A stretch of 63,987 bases of DNA, the filler included, from Caldilineae bacterium (GTDB lineage: Bacteria; Chloroflexota; Anaerolineae; DTLA01): NCBI GenBank assembly GCA_037446815.1. It is 4 parts of 4 records of this genome, joined end to end, with 100 filler letters (N's around TTAATTAATTAA, not from the genome) between each part and the next. Parts side by side here need not be neighbours in the genome. Positions count along the whole stretch, not along the records: positions 1 to 19,437 come from JBBIHX010000045.1; 3 more parts are not named here. The stretch is one strand, 5' to 3'. Positions within the stretch are counted from its first letter, which is position 1, and each line of letters starts with the position of its first letter. Below are positions 1 to 10,242 of this stretch, in pieces. A program made the position numbers and the translations under genes. The notes under the pieces were generated by a model. The model was not told the origin of the DNA, searched no databases, and was given only the letters and a program-made list of their open reading frames with translations.

Positions 1-69
1 TTGTGCGCGACGCGAATTCGCGTGAACTTGACCAACACAGTTTGGAACCGAATTCCGCGCAGGCTCGTC

Positions 70-119
70 TTGACAACGTCGCAACCTTGCGTTATAATGT
101 AGTCACTTAGATGGCTACT
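70..119 (+). promoter_or_regulatory. sigma70-type promoter and palindromic operator of the TA operon
   Basis: TTGACA(70-75)-17 bp-TATAAT(93-98), followed by imperfect palindrome GTAGTCA-N7-TGGCTAC (99-119). Confidence 0.75.
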
Positions 120-134
120 TGTGTGGAGGAGACC

Positions 135-404
135 ATGTCGGAGATTGGTGTGCGAGAACTGAAGACGCGGGCATCGGAAATCGTCCGTGCGGTGCGGGAG
201 CGCCGAGCACGCTATCTGGTAACATATCGCGGCAGGCCGGTGGGTGTGCTCCTGCCCATTGGCGACGTGGAGCAAGACGAACTGGCATCCGAAGAGAGGA
301 ACAGAGCGGCCTGGAAAGAGCTCGTGGCCCTGGGGCAGAAGATGGGTGAGGGCTGGCAATCCGAGATGACGGGAGTTGAGATTCTGTCTGAGATGCGGCG
401 ATAG
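135..404 (+). CDS. Phd/YefM-family antitoxin
   Basis: GGAGGA RBS before ATG 135; N-terminus MSEIGVRELKTRASEIVRAV...VTYRGRPVGVLLP is typical Phd; directly upstream of a PIN gene. Confidence 0.85.
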   Translation: MSEIGVRELKTRASEIVRAVRERRARYLVTYRGRPVGVLLPIGDVEQDELASEERNRAAWKELVALGQKMGEGWQSEMTGVEILSEMRR

Positions 405-413
405 GAGGGGGAC

Positions 414-851
414 ATGGCTGCCCTATACACGGTGGATGCCAGCGTCTTTCTGAGCGCCTTCAATCCGCGAGAGCCTGGCCATGAAGAGAGTCAACGTTTG
501 CTGGCTCGGATGCAGGAGGAGGCCAAACCGATCGTGGTGCCTACGCTGCTGTTGCCCGAGGTCGCCGCTGCTGTCGGTAGAGGGCATGGGGACCCGGCTC
601 TTGCCCGGCAGTTTGCGATGGCTTTGAAGCAATTGCCGCACCTGGTATGGGTTCCGTTGGATTCGGTTCTGGCGAATCAGGCGGCGGATCTGGCAGCGCA
701 GCACCGGCTTCGTGGAAGCGATGCCGTGTATGCTGCTGTTTCGGGGAGATTTGGCAGCACCCTGGTTACCCTGGACAAACAGCAGCACGAGAGGGTGGCC
801 GGGGCCGTCACCACGCGGACTCCTACAGAAGCCCTGGTGGAGTTTACATAA
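414..851 (+). CDS. vapC: VapC/PIN-domain toxin
   Basis: VDASV, LPEV, LRGSDAVYAA and LVTLD carry the PIN acidic residues; GGAGG RBS. Confidence 0.85.
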   Translation: MAALYTVDASVFLSAFNPREPGHEESQRLLARMQEEAKPIVVPTLLLPEVAAAVGRGHGDPALARQFAMALKQLPHLVWVPLDSVLANQAADLAAQHRLRGSDAVYAAVSGRFGSTLVTLDKQQHERVAGAVTTRTPTEALVEFT

Positions 852-930
852 CAGAGGGCACCCTTTTCCGCTATCGCGATGATGTCTAGTGCATTCGCGT
901 TCGCGGGCATATTTAGCATTGGCTGGTTGA

Positions 931-1460
931 TTCCCCCTTGCAGCAGCAGATAGAGACGGTTCCCTCGCAGCGATCGGGGTCTCGCCCGGGCAAGCAGTGG
1001 CTGATCTGGAACGGTTGGACGAGTTGATACGGAGCCGCCAGCCCGACGAGGAGAACGAGTTGGAGATCATGCATCTTCAGTATGTATGCGCGGCTCTGCC
1101 CAGAGAGGGGGAGCAAGCCAGCGTGGCGTACCGACTACGATCGCTGGTTCTGGACCGCTGGACTGTTTGGCCCCGACTTACCTGTTATCGCACGTGGCGT
1201 GGTCCGGGCGGAGAGCGCATCGACGGGACAAACAACAGCGCGGAGCGCGCCATCGGGTGGTGGGTCAAAGAGCGGTATCGGACCATGAGGGGGTACAAAC
1301 GTCCTGAATCTGCGGTGAACGTTAGTCGTCTGCTGGCGTGGTGTGGTAACCATCTAGACAAGGGCGGAGCGGACTTGGCCGCACTTCTGGGGTAGCATCA
1401 GAAACCACCGGAGAAGAAGTGGTCTGCGTCCCAACATCCGTTGGCAAACTCCGAACACCC
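931..1460 (+). mobile_element. 3' remnant of an IS transposase (ORF ends 1395) with possible right end near 1447-1460
   Basis: C-terminal DDE-type motif GTNNSAERAIGWWVKERYRTMRGYKR; no start or RBS, N-terminal part absent; family not assignable. Confidence 0.6.
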
Positions 1461-1633
1461 GCCCCCATTTGCCGCGCGGTGGAGCAAGGTAGTACAATGC
1501 CGCTGCGATCCTGGCACTTCGGCGAGGTCGCGCCAATGTGAGGACGGGCAGCGAGGCCCCTGCACAGAATAACGGGAATGATGGCATCGCTGCTCCATAG
1601 ATTGCGCCAACACTCACCCTTGGGAGGCACGCC

Positions 1634-3016
1634 ATGAGTCCATCAGCGGAAGCGTATCTGAAAGCCAACGCCGCGCGCATCCAGGACGAACTCCTGGAGT
1701 TCGTGCGAATCCCCAGCATCAGCGCGGACCCGAACCACGCGGAGGATGTCCGTCGGGCCGCAGACTGGGTCGCGCGCGCCATCCGCGCCGCAGGCCCGTT
1801 CACCGTGCGGGTCCTACCAACGCCGCGTCATCCCGTGGTGTACGGCGAATGGGTGGGCGCGCCGGGCAAGCCGACCGTTCTCGTGTACGGCCACTACGAT
1901 GTGCAGCCGCCGGACCCCCTGGACAAATGGCTGACCCCGCCCTTCGCGCCGGACATCCGAGAGGGGCGCATCTACGCGCGCGGCGTCTCGGACGATAAGG
2001 GCCCCATGCTCATCCCCATCAAGGTTGCCGAAGCGTTCTTTGCGACGCACGGTCGCCTGCCTCTCAACGTCAAGTTCCTGTTTGAGGGCGAAGAGGAGAT
2101 CGGAAGCCCGAGCCTGGAGGCGTTCGTGGAGCAGAACCGCGAGATGCTGGCAGCCGACTTTGCCATGTCGGCGGACGGCGCGATGTGGCGAATTGACGAG
2201 CCATCCGTATCCATCTCCAGCCGCGGGCTTGTCGGGCTGGAGTTTACCCTTACCGGACCTGGCAAAGATCTGCACTCGGGACGCCATGGAGGAGCCATCG
2301 CCAATCCCCTGCACGCCATGGCGCAGCTCATCGCCACGCTGCATGCCCCCGACGGCCGCGTCGCCGTTGCCGGGTTCTACGACGACGTCCGGGAACTTTC
2401 CGCCGAGGAGCGTGCCGAGATCCACAACCTCCCGTTTGACGAGCCCCGCTACCTGGACGAGGTCGGCGCCCCCGCCCCGTTCGGCGAGCCCGGATACAGC
2501 ACCCTGGAACGCCAGTGGACTCGCCCAACCCTGGAGGTGAACGGCCTGTGGGGAGGATATCAGGGGCCGGGGAGCAAGACGGTCATTCCCTCCGAGGCCC
2601 ATGCGAAGATCACTTGCCGACTCGTTCCTCGCCAGAACCCCGAGGACATCCTTGCCAAGATTGTGCATCATCTGGAAACTCACCTGCCGCCCGGGGTGCG
2701 CTTGCGGGTGGATGCTTCCGGGCATGGCGCGCAACCGTACCAGATTCCCAGCGATCACGTTGGACTGCGAATGGCGGAAGCGGTCTTGGAGGAGGTGTGC
2801 GGCAAGAAGCCGCTTCGGGTGCGCATTGGCGGCACGATTCCGGTTGCCGCGTGGTTTGAGCATCTGCTACATCAGCACGTGGTGTTCTTCTCATTCTCAA
2901 CGGCCGACGAGGATTTCCATGCCCCCAACGAGTTCTTCCGCATCCACCGCCTTCATGAAGGACTCCGGGCGTGGGCCTTGTACTGGGAGCGACTTGGCGC
3001 CATAGGGGCTTCATAG
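1634..3016 (+). CDS. M20-family dipeptidase/amidohydrolase
   Basis: YGHYDVQP, ARGVSDDKGP, EGEEEIGS, DLHSG and HAPNE motifs; GGGAGG RBS. Confidence 0.9.
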   Translation: MSPSAEAYLKANAARIQDELLEFVRIPSISADPNHAEDVRRAADWVARAIRAAGPFTVRVLPTPRHPVVYGEWVGAPGKPTVLVYGHYDVQPPDPLDKWLTPPFAPDIREGRIYARGVSDDKGPMLIPIKVAEAFFATHGRLPLNVKFLFEGEEEIGSPSLEAFVEQNREMLAADFAMSADGAMWRIDEPSVSISSRGLVGLEFTLTGPGKDLHSGRHGGAIANPLHAMAQLIATLHAPDGRVAVAGFYDDVRELSAEERAEIHNLPFDEPRYLDEVGAPAPFGEPGYSTLERQWTRPTLEVNGLWGGYQGPGSKTVIPSEAHAKITCRLVPRQNPEDILAKIVHHLETHLPPGVRLRVDASGHGAQPYQIPSDHVGLRMAEAVLEEVCGKKPLRVRIGGTIPVAAWFEHLLHQHVVFFSFSTADEDFHAPNEFFRIHRLHEGLRAWALYWERLGAIGAS

Positions 3017-3211
3017 GTCTCGGCGACGGGCTATGGGATTCCGTCAGATGCACGAATGTTCACGGAGACGTGGACCGCGTCTGAAACCCGTCAGAAGTAA
3101 CCAGGCGGGAGCATTTGGCGCCGATACTATCCTGACAATAGGACTGGAGGGACTCGTGGTCCGGTAAGGTTGTTCTCATTGTGAGGCTGAGTTGTAACGA
3201 AGGAGGGAGAC

Positions 3212-4363
3212 ATGAGGACACAGGATATCCACCAGTGGGGGCCGAACACCCGCATTGTCCACGATGACCTTGAGGGCGAGCACATCTGGTATGCGCACGT
3301 GATGCCCATATTCATGTCCAACACCTTCTGCTACGAGGATAGCGAACACCTGCAGGCCGTGTGGCAGCACCGGGAACTCGGCTACATCTACAGCCGCGAT
3401 CGGAACCCCACGGTAGATGCGTTTCAGAAGCGGATGGCGCAACTGGAGCGCGCAGATTGGGCGCAGGCTGCCGCGTCGGGCATGGGGGCCATCAGCGCGG
3501 CCCTGCTCGCGACCCTCAAGGCGGGAGACCACATCGTCTCGTCCGACCAGTTGTACCCCGAAACCCGCGAAATCATTGAAATCCACCTGGAGCAACTCGG
3601 CGTCCGCCACACGTTCGTGGAAATCGCCGACCTGGACGCTGTTCGCCGTGCGATGCGGCCCGAGACAAAGGTCATCTACACCGAGACCTTGTCCAATCCC
3701 TTCCTCATCGTGGCCGACATTTTCGCATTGGCCGACATTGCCCACGAGCACGGTGCGCTGCTCATTGTGGACAATACGTTCACCTCTCCGGCGTTGTTGC
3801 AGCCGCTGGAACTCGGCGCGGACCTGTCCGTGCAGAGCGCCACCAAGTTCATCTGCGGCCACAGCACGGCCATCGGCGGCGTAGTTGCCGGCAGGGACGC
3901 CAAACTCAAGGAAGATGTCTTCCAGATCATACGACGATTCGGCGCGTGCCTCAGCCCATTCAATGCCTGGGTGCTGCTATCGGGCGTCAAGACCCTGTAC
4001 CTTCGCGTGCGGCGTCAATGCGAAAACGCGCTGAGGTTGGCTCAGTTCCTGGAAACGCATCCCGTCATTGAGAAGATATACTACCCAGGGCTGGAGAGCC
4101 ACCCCCAGCACGAACTGGCCAAGCGGCTGATGGGCGGGGTGTACGGGAGCATGATCTCGTTTGAGCCGGTGGGCGGCAAGCAGACCCAGTGGAAGATTCT
4201 TGACAACCTGAAATTGACCTACCTTGCCACGAGCCTGGGCGACATATCCACCCTGGTGATCCACCGCCCCATGCGTGCGGTTACCCGCATTTCGGTGGGC
4301 ATTGAGGAGCCTGAGGACATCATCGCGGACTGGAAACAGGCATTGGATCGCATATCGGTATAG
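3212..4363 (+). CDS. Cys/Met-metabolism PLP enzyme (cystathionine gamma-synthase / methionine gamma-lyase family)
   Basis: YSRDRNPT, SGMGAI, VDNTF, SATKFICGHS (PLP Lys), SLGD and RISVGIE motifs. Confidence 0.85.
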   Translation: MRTQDIHQWGPNTRIVHDDLEGEHIWYAHVMPIFMSNTFCYEDSEHLQAVWQHRELGYIYSRDRNPTVDAFQKRMAQLERADWAQAAASGMGAISAALLATLKAGDHIVSSDQLYPETREIIEIHLEQLGVRHTFVEIADLDAVRRAMRPETKVIYTETLSNPFLIVADIFALADIAHEHGALLIVDNTFTSPALLQPLELGADLSVQSATKFICGHSTAIGGVVAGRDAKLKEDVFQIIRRFGACLSPFNAWVLLSGVKTLYLRVRRQCENALRLAQFLETHPVIEKIYYPGLESHPQHELAKRLMGGVYGSMISFEPVGGKQTQWKILDNLKLTYLATSLGDISTLVIHRPMRAVTRISVGIEEPEDIIADWKQALDRISV

Positions 4364-4406
4364 CGTGCTGCGGGCAAAGCGCCACGGAGCCCCCGCACCT
4401 CCCGTG

Positions 4407-5390
4407 TCAGGGAATCTCGGCGACCTCCGCGCGCTGCCCCGACACGATGACAATCCGTTCGGGCTGAGGCCGCCCCGATGGGGTCATCCCCATGCGACCC
4501 AGCGGGCCGGGCTGGTCCCCCGCCGCTTCCAAGGTTGAGGGGGATCCCCCCGCGCCAAACGCATGATCCAGGAAGTACAGGGTCCCAAACAGCATGCCCG
4601 CCGAGTCAAAGTCGGGCACAGGGTCGCCCTGCATCTGTCGGCGAAATACCCGATTGCTCTCGGAGTCCATGCTCCCCACCCAGTGCCGAACACGCAGCAG
4701 CCGCGCAGGCCACGGGCTGCCGTCGGGCGCGCGGGTGGAGACCATCCCGTCGGCTGCCAAGACGGTGCATTGAGACCACATGCGAAGGGCCGTCGCCGCA
4801 AGGATCGCAGCGCCCGGGTCGTGCATGGTCAGGAACACGGAGAAAGGCTGATCTTCGGAGGGCGGGGTTGCAAGCCACGGAAGCCCGCGCGCCTCCACGG
4901 CCTTCCGGAATGCATCCAGACTTGCCCTGACATACGAGGCTTCGGCGTCGTCAAGGTGCGTCCAGCGCACCACGCTCTCAGGCCACGGCAGGGCCGTCCA
5001 ATCCACACTGGGGACTGGCGGCGCCCCCAACGCAAGGGCGCGCGCGATTCCATTGACACCTGTGCACATTCGGTAGCGGCGGGCATATCCGGGTGGCCGG
5101 TCAAGGAGGTCCTCTACCGTGCTCTTGACGAACACAACCGGAATGTGCCGGGACGCCTCACCTGCAACCGCCGCGAAGCGGGAAGATTCCCCGAGGTAAA
5201 CGAGGATATCTGCGGCCCGCGCCTGCTCTGCAACCGAGCCTAGCCCGAATGCCGCAAAGGCTGGTGTCCAGTGCTCCGCGCAAGCGATGGCGCACTCCCA
5301 CGCCGCTTGAGCGGCCCGGCGCTCGCCTTCGCCCAGGCTAGCGAACGCCACGACCAACCCTACCCGGACCCGTCCCCTTGATGTTTTCAT
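4407..5390 (-). CDS. hypothetical protein, possibly a divergent type-1 periplasmic-binding-protein fold without signal peptide
   Basis: 327-aa ORF ending the minus-strand operon; weak LivK-like cues (RVGLVVAF, IPVVFVKST...RYRM, LGRMGMTPSG). Confidence 0.55.
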   Translation of the reverse strand: MKTSRGRVRVGLVVAFASLGEGERRAAQAAWECAIACAEHWTPAFAAFGLGSVAEQARAADILVYLGESSRFAAVAGEASRHIPVVFVKSTVEDLLDRPPGYARRYRMCTGVNGIARALALGAPPVPSVDWTALPWPESVVRWTHLDDAEASYVRASLDAFRKAVEARGLPWLATPPSEDQPFSVFLTMHDPGAAILAATALRMWSQCTVLAADGMVSTRAPDGSPWPARLLRVRHWVGSMDSESNRVFRRQMQGDPVPDFDSAGMLFGTLYFLDHAFGAGGSPSTLEAAGDQPGPLGRMGMTPSGRPQPERIVIVSGQRAEVAEIP

Positions 5391-5418
5391 AGCCGCCCCC
5401 GGTCGCGATGGATATGCG

Positions 5419-6597
5419 CTAGCCGCACTCTTTCCACTCCGAAGTAACCACGATGCCCCGTTTCCGCAGTTCACGCGCAAACGGCTCGTAGGGCACATCC
5501 TTGACCGGCGACAGAAGGCCGCGCGCGCTCAGTTCGCCTGACCCGATCATCTGAACCCCGATGCTGGCCGTGAATCCGACGGTGCGGCTCATCGCAGTGA
5601 ACCCTGTCGTCAGATCGCGCCAGTCAATGACCTGATACAGGGCGCGTTTGCGCCTGCCCCCTTTGCGCCCCTCAACCTCTACGCGGATGACCGCGATATC
5701 TCGCTCGTTCTCTTGGTACTGAAGGTGCGGCTCCATGACGGCTGCGAGAAAGCGCCTCCGGTCCACCGCAACGCCGTCAACGATCACAGGCTCGCTATCC
5801 AGCAGGTGCAAATCCACCAGTTTCCTCCAGAACTCCGCATGCCCTGGCCATCGGAGCACAAACCGCCCCATGTTCCGCAACTGCGACCTGGGCAGGCCCA
5901 ATAGGTCCGCATACACAAGCGCGTCGCCATTCGGGAAAGCCTCCAGTCGGCCTATGCCCTCCAGTTCCACGTAGTGCAGATTCTCCGGGCGGAACATCTC
6001 GTTCTCCCGAATCTCCACAATCTGCCCGTCTCGGATGATGCGGCCCGCGCGCAGGTACGACTTGAGGACGCCCTCAAATGTCCAGGTTACCTTGTACTGA
6101 ATGGGGTTGTTCGCCGCCTGCGGTTCTGGAAACCCGGCGCCATACGTAACGATATCCTCAACGAAGTCAAACTGACGGACGGCCTCGCCCAACAGCACCA
6201 GGTCTATGCCCGGGTCCATCCCGAATTCGGGCAGGAGGGTAAGGCCCTTCGCTTGGGCTTCGGCGGCAAGGTGCCGTATGGAGGCGGCATACGAGGCATT
6301 GACATAGTGAAGCCCGTGGCGAACCGCCGCTTCCGCGACCATGCTGTTGAAGCGATTCGGCAGCAAATCAAGCGCGACATCGGCTCCCAGCGACATCAGG
6401 CGCTCAATGTCCGCGGGGTCCCGCGCATCGCACGGCTCGCAGCGCACCTTCGCGCCGTAGCCCATGTCCGCGACGTGACGCATGAGCGCCGCGAGATCAA
6501 GGTCCGCCGCAATGACCTCCTCCACCCCATCGCTGCGAGCCAAATCGTGCAAGGCGACCTTGCCCTGCATCCCGACCCCAAGAAGCAACACCCTCAT
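5419..6597 (-). CDS. saccharopine dehydrogenase / lysine 6-dehydrogenase-family oxidoreductase
   Basis: Rossmann motif LLGVGMQG; EFGMDPGID, YKVTWTFEG, LRWPGH and TAMSRTVGF motifs; GAGGAGG RBS. Confidence 0.85.
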   Translation of the reverse strand: MRVLLLGVGMQGKVALHDLARSDGVEEVIAADLDLAALMRHVADMGYGAKVRCEPCDARDPADIERLMSLGADVALDLLPNRFNSMVAEAAVRHGLHYVNASYAASIRHLAAEAQAKGLTLLPEFGMDPGIDLVLLGEAVRQFDFVEDIVTYGAGFPEPQAANNPIQYKVTWTFEGVLKSYLRAGRIIRDGQIVEIRENEMFRPENLHYVELEGIGRLEAFPNGDALVYADLLGLPRSQLRNMGRFVLRWPGHAEFWRKLVDLHLLDSEPVIVDGVAVDRRRFLAAVMEPHLQYQENERDIAVIRVEVEGRKGGRRKRALYQVIDWRDLTTGFTAMSRTVGFTASIGVQMIGSGELSARGLLSPVKDVPYEPFARELRKRGIVVTSEWKECG

Positions 6598-6727
6598 CGC
6601 ACACCTCCTCGCTCAGGGGCGCGTGGAGCGTTTCGCCATCCGCGCCCGACCCTGTGCACGCCCCTCACCGCATAGAGGCGGCGGTGCGCACGACGCGACG
6701 GTCCGCCGTGCCCTTCCGTCGGAAGCG

Positions 6728-7909
6728 CTACGCCGCGAAGGCATCGTAGAAAGCGGCTGCCAAGCGCGTTGTCTCGCTGTTTGGAACGGCAAACGTGGCC
6801 CGAATCTCGGCCTGCTCTGCGAAGGCCACCGGGATGCCCAAGTCGTTCGCAGCGGCCTGGGCCTTCCGGAAATTGCGCGCGATGAACTCCGGGTCGCCCA
6901 CCAGCGACACGAGGCCGACTTGAGAAACAACCTGGCTGACTCCGAGCCTGTCCGATCTCAACGCTTGTTCCACGTCATCGCGCCAGGCGGGCGAAACCGC
7001 GATAACCAGCGCGTCATCGTGAGCGTCCCGCATGCGCACCGCCGCGAAGCGATCAAATAACTCCTCCTGCGCTACAGGCCATCGGGTTCCGTCAGGGACG
7101 CGAAGCAGGTCCACGCTCCCGAGAATCGGAATGCCGACCAACGGACTCTCATCGGCGACATTTGCGATGACTGTGCCCGGACTGTCTGAAAATGTGGAGC
7201 GGGCCACGATGGGCGTATCCCCGCGCTGACCGATGAGCACCGCGCCCGGATGCATGACCCTGGCGCCGAAGATGCCGACTTCGTACATCTTGCGATAACT
7301 GATGCGTTGGAGGTACCGCGCATGGGGAATCACCCGCGGGTCGGCGATCGCAACGCCTGGGACATCGCTGTAGATTTCCACCTTCTCCGCCCCGACGGCG
7401 ACCCCTATGGCGACGCCGGAGGTATCGCTTGCCCCGCGGCCGAGGATGGTGATTTCGCCCTCGGTCTCCGTCGCCCCCTGTCCGCCCGCAATCACCGGCA
7501 CTTCGCCCTGTTCCACATGGCGGAGGATGCGACTCGGGTCAATCCGCGTGATCTTCGCGCGCCGCCAGCGCCCATCGGTGTACACCCGAGCCTGCCATCC
7601 TGTCAGGCCCACCGACCGAAGGCCCGCCAGTTTCAGCAAGTGCGACAGGATCGCGACCGAGATCACTTCCCCGCAGTGGAAGATGAGGTCCTCATCCCTG
7701 CCATCCACCGGCTCGCCCTGCGCGTGAATCAGGTCCAGCAGGGTATCGGTCGCGTACGGCGCCCCTCTGCGCCCCATAGCCGAGACGACAACCACGGGCC
7801 GGTACCCCTCTGCCAGCGTCCGCTTGATGTGTCCAACGACACGTTGTCGGCTCTCCGGAGTGGCAACAGACGTGCCCCCGAATTTCTGCGCTACGATCTT
7901 CTCTGCCAT
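6728..7909 (-). CDS. aspartate kinase (DapG-like, divergent C-terminal ACT region)
   Basis: QKFGGTSV, VVVSAMG..GAPYATDTL, LGRGASDTS and SDVPGVAIADPR motifs; overlaps the asd stop. Confidence 0.9.
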   Translation of the reverse strand: MAEKIVAQKFGGTSVATPESRQRVVGHIKRTLAEGYRPVVVVSAMGRRGAPYATDTLLDLIHAQGEPVDGRDEDLIFHCGEVISVAILSHLLKLAGLRSVGLTGWQARVYTDGRWRRAKITRIDPSRILRHVEQGEVPVIAGGQGATETEGEITILGRGASDTSGVAIGVAVGAEKVEIYSDVPGVAIADPRVIPHARYLQRISYRKMYEVGIFGARVMHPGAVLIGQRGDTPIVARSTFSDSPGTVIANVADESPLVGIPILGSVDLLRVPDGTRWPVAQEELFDRFAAVRMRDAHDDALVIAVSPAWRDDVEQALRSDRLGVSQVVSQVGLVSLVGDPEFIARNFRKAQAAANDLGIPVAFAEQAEIRATFAVPNSETTRLAAAFYDAFAA

Positions 7910-8928
7910 TCCTCAACAAGCCCCTGCTCCACGAGCACCTGCGCGATTTGGACCGCATTCTGGGCCGCCCCTTTGCGCACATTGTCCGAGACCAGGAACA
8001 GGTTCAGGCCGTTCTCAATGGAGAAGTCCTCGCGGATGCGCCCCACGTGGACGAGGTTGCCGCCGCTGACGCGGATGGGCTGCGGAAACTCCAGGTTCTC
8101 AATGTCGTCCACGACCTTCACGCCAGGGGCCTTGCTGAGCGCTTCTCGCGCCTGCTGCACGGTAACCTTGTCGCGGGTCTCTATGTTGCAGGAAACCGAG
8201 TGGCAGTTGAGGACGGGCACGCGCACGGCGGTATCCGTGATCGCCATGTTGGGATCGTGCAGCATCTTGCGCGTCTCGTGGATCATCTTCCACTCTTCCC
8301 GCGTGTAGCCGTCGTCTTCAAAGACATCTATGAACGGAATCAAGTTGTATGCGATCTGATACGCGAACACCGACGGGGGCGACGGCTCAAACCCCGCGGC
8401 AATATCCACGCACTGCTTCTTGAGTTCCAGTTGCCCGCGGATAGCCCCGCCGGAAACCGCCTGGTACGTAGAGGCGACAACCCGCTTGATGGGAGAGAGG
8501 TCGTGGATGGGCTTCAGTACCACAATCGTTCCGATGGTGGTGCAATTGGGATTCGCGATGATACCGTTGTGCCACTTCAGGTCTTCGGGGTTCACTTCGG
8601 GCACCACCAGCGGGACATTCGGGTCCAGGCGGAAATGCCGGCTGTTGTCAATGGCGATGGCGCCGCGCTTGGCCGCCGCGGGGGCCAGCTTGGCGCTGAC
8701 CGCCTCGTGGGTAGCGAAAAGCGCGATGTCAACGCCCTCAAACGCCTCCTCGGTGCCTTCTTCCACGTAGAGCGTCTCCCCTTTGAATCTGACCGGGGTC
8801 CCGACCCATTCTTTGGACTCCAGCAATTTGAGCCTGTTGACCGGGAAGTCGTACTCCTCAAGGATGCGAACCATGGTAGAGCCGACCAACCCCAAGGCTC
8901 CGGCTACCGCAACATTGTAGGTTTTCAT
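7891..8928 (-). CDS. asd: aspartate-semialdehyde dehydrogenase
   Basis: GALGLVG, DNS..FR, VPLVVPEVN, IIANPNCTT (catalytic Cys), STYQAVSG and DNVRKGAA motifs; AGGAGG RBS before ATG 8928. Confidence 0.95.
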   Translation of the reverse strand: MKTYNVAVAGALGLVGSTMVRILEEYDFPVNRLKLLESKEWVGTPVRFKGETLYVEEGTEEAFEGVDIALFATHEAVSAKLAPAAAKRGAIAIDNSRHFRLDPNVPLVVPEVNPEDLKWHNGIIANPNCTTIGTIVVLKPIHDLSPIKRVVASTYQAVSGGAIRGQLELKKQCVDIAAGFEPSPPSVFAYQIAYNLIPFIDVFEDDGYTREEWKMIHETRKMLHDPNMAITDTAVRVPVLNCHSVSCNIETRDKVTVQQAREALSKAPGVKVVDDIENLEFPQPIRVSGGNLVHVGRIREDFSIENGLNLFLVSDNVRKGAAQNAVQIAQVLVEQGLVEEWQRRS

Positions 8929-8969
8929 CTGACCCTCCTGACTGTAGGTTATTGGCTGGACCGCAAGTT

Positions 8970-10145
8970 TCAAACGCGCGCGAGTGCGGCGCGCATTGCT
9001 TCCAGTGCGCGCTCAAGGGTTTCTCGCGAGGCAGCGAATGAGAGGCGCACGTGATTCGCAAAGGATGCTCCAAAGGCGACCCCGGGCACCACGGCGACAC
9101 CCGCTTCCTGCAACAATCGTTGCCCCACTTCCGTGCCGGTGCCGTAGGCTGAGACATCGGGAAAGGCATAGAACGCCCCCTCAATCGGCGGGCACTTCAC
9201 CCCGGGTATGGCGTTCAACCCCTGGACAACCAGGTCTCGCCGGGCCCGAAACTCTGCCACCATGCGAAGCAAGTCGTCCTGCGGCCCGGTGAGGGCGGCG
9301 ACGGCTGCCTTCTGGGCGAACGACGTGGCGCAGGTAACGGAGTGCTGGTGAACCTTGAGCACCGCGCCCATGAGATTGGCCGGGCCTGCCATGTACCCCA
9401 ACCGCCAGCCCGTCATGGCGTAGGACTTGGAGAAGCCGTTGACCACGAAGGTGCGCTCCCGCATGCCCGGCAGAGACGCCACGCTTCGGTGCCTGCGACC
9501 CTCGTACACGAGTTTCTCGTAGATTTCATCCGAAATGACGAGTAGATTCGCCCTTTCCGCGACCGTGGCGATGGCAGCCAGTTCCTCATCCGTGGCGACC
9601 CGACCGGTGGGGTTGTTCGGCGAGTTGAAGACGACCATGCGGGTGCGAGGTGAGAGGCGGGACATGAGCGCGCGCTCCGTGATACGGAAGCCGTCGGCCG
9701 GGTCAAGCGAGACGTGAACGGGGACTCCCCCCGCCAGGCGCACCATGGGGTCATACGAAACCCAGGCGGGATCCAAAATCAGTACCTCATCCCCCGCCTC
9801 CACCGTAGCCATGATAGCGGCGAAGATGGCCTGTTTGCCCCCAATCGTTACCAGAATCTCGCGGTCGGGCGCATACGAAAGCCCGTTGTCCGCCTCCAGT
9901 TTGTCCGATATGGCAGCCAGGAGCGGGCCTATGCCTCTGGAATTGACGTAGTGCGTGAACCCGCCTTTGAGCGCCTGGTACGCTGCCTCAACGATGTGCG
10001 GGGGGGTGTCAAAATCCGGCTCGCCGGCGGTGAGGTCAAAGACGGTTTGCCCCTCATCCAGCCTGCGCTGGGCCAGTTCCCGGAAAGCGAGGGTTGGGGA
10101 AGATTCAATGGATTGGACTCGGCGAGGGAGTGTATAACCTTCCAA
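8970..10145 (-). CDS. class I/II PLP aminotransferase (AspC-like)
   Basis: GEPDFDTP, NSPNNPTG, SDEIYE and FSKSYAMTGWRLGY motifs; TTG start with GGAGG RBS. Confidence 0.9.
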   Translation of the reverse strand: MEGYTLPRRVQSIESSPTLAFRELAQRRLDEGQTVFDLTAGEPDFDTPPHIVEAAYQALKGGFTHYVNSRGIGPLLAAISDKLEADNGLSYAPDREILVTIGGKQAIFAAIMATVEAGDEVLILDPAWVSYDPMVRLAGGVPVHVSLDPADGFRITERALMSRLSPRTRMVVFNSPNNPTGRVATDEELAAIATVAERANLLVISDEIYEKLVYEGRRHRSVASLPGMRERTFVVNGFSKSYAMTGWRLGYMAGPANLMGAVLKVHQHSVTCATSFAQKAAVAALTGPQDDLLRMVAEFRARRDLVVQGLNAIPGVKCPPIEGAFYAFPDVSAYGTGTEVGQRLLQEAGVAVVPGVAFGASFANHVRLSFAASRETLERALEAMRAALARV

Positions 10146-10198
10146 AGGCGCGTTTCCTCCACTTGGGCTAACGGCGTTCTTCGGCCGTCGCGGTCGTC

Positions 10199-10227
10199 AT
10201 TATACGTGTGGAACGCGGTGATGTCAA
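10199..10227 (-). promoter_or_regulatory. consensus sigma70 promoter for the aminotransferase-asd-kinase operon
   Basis: minus-strand TTGACA (10227-10222)-17 bp-TATAAT (10204-10199). Confidence 0.8.
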
Positions 10228-10242
10228 TTTGATATACTAGAC

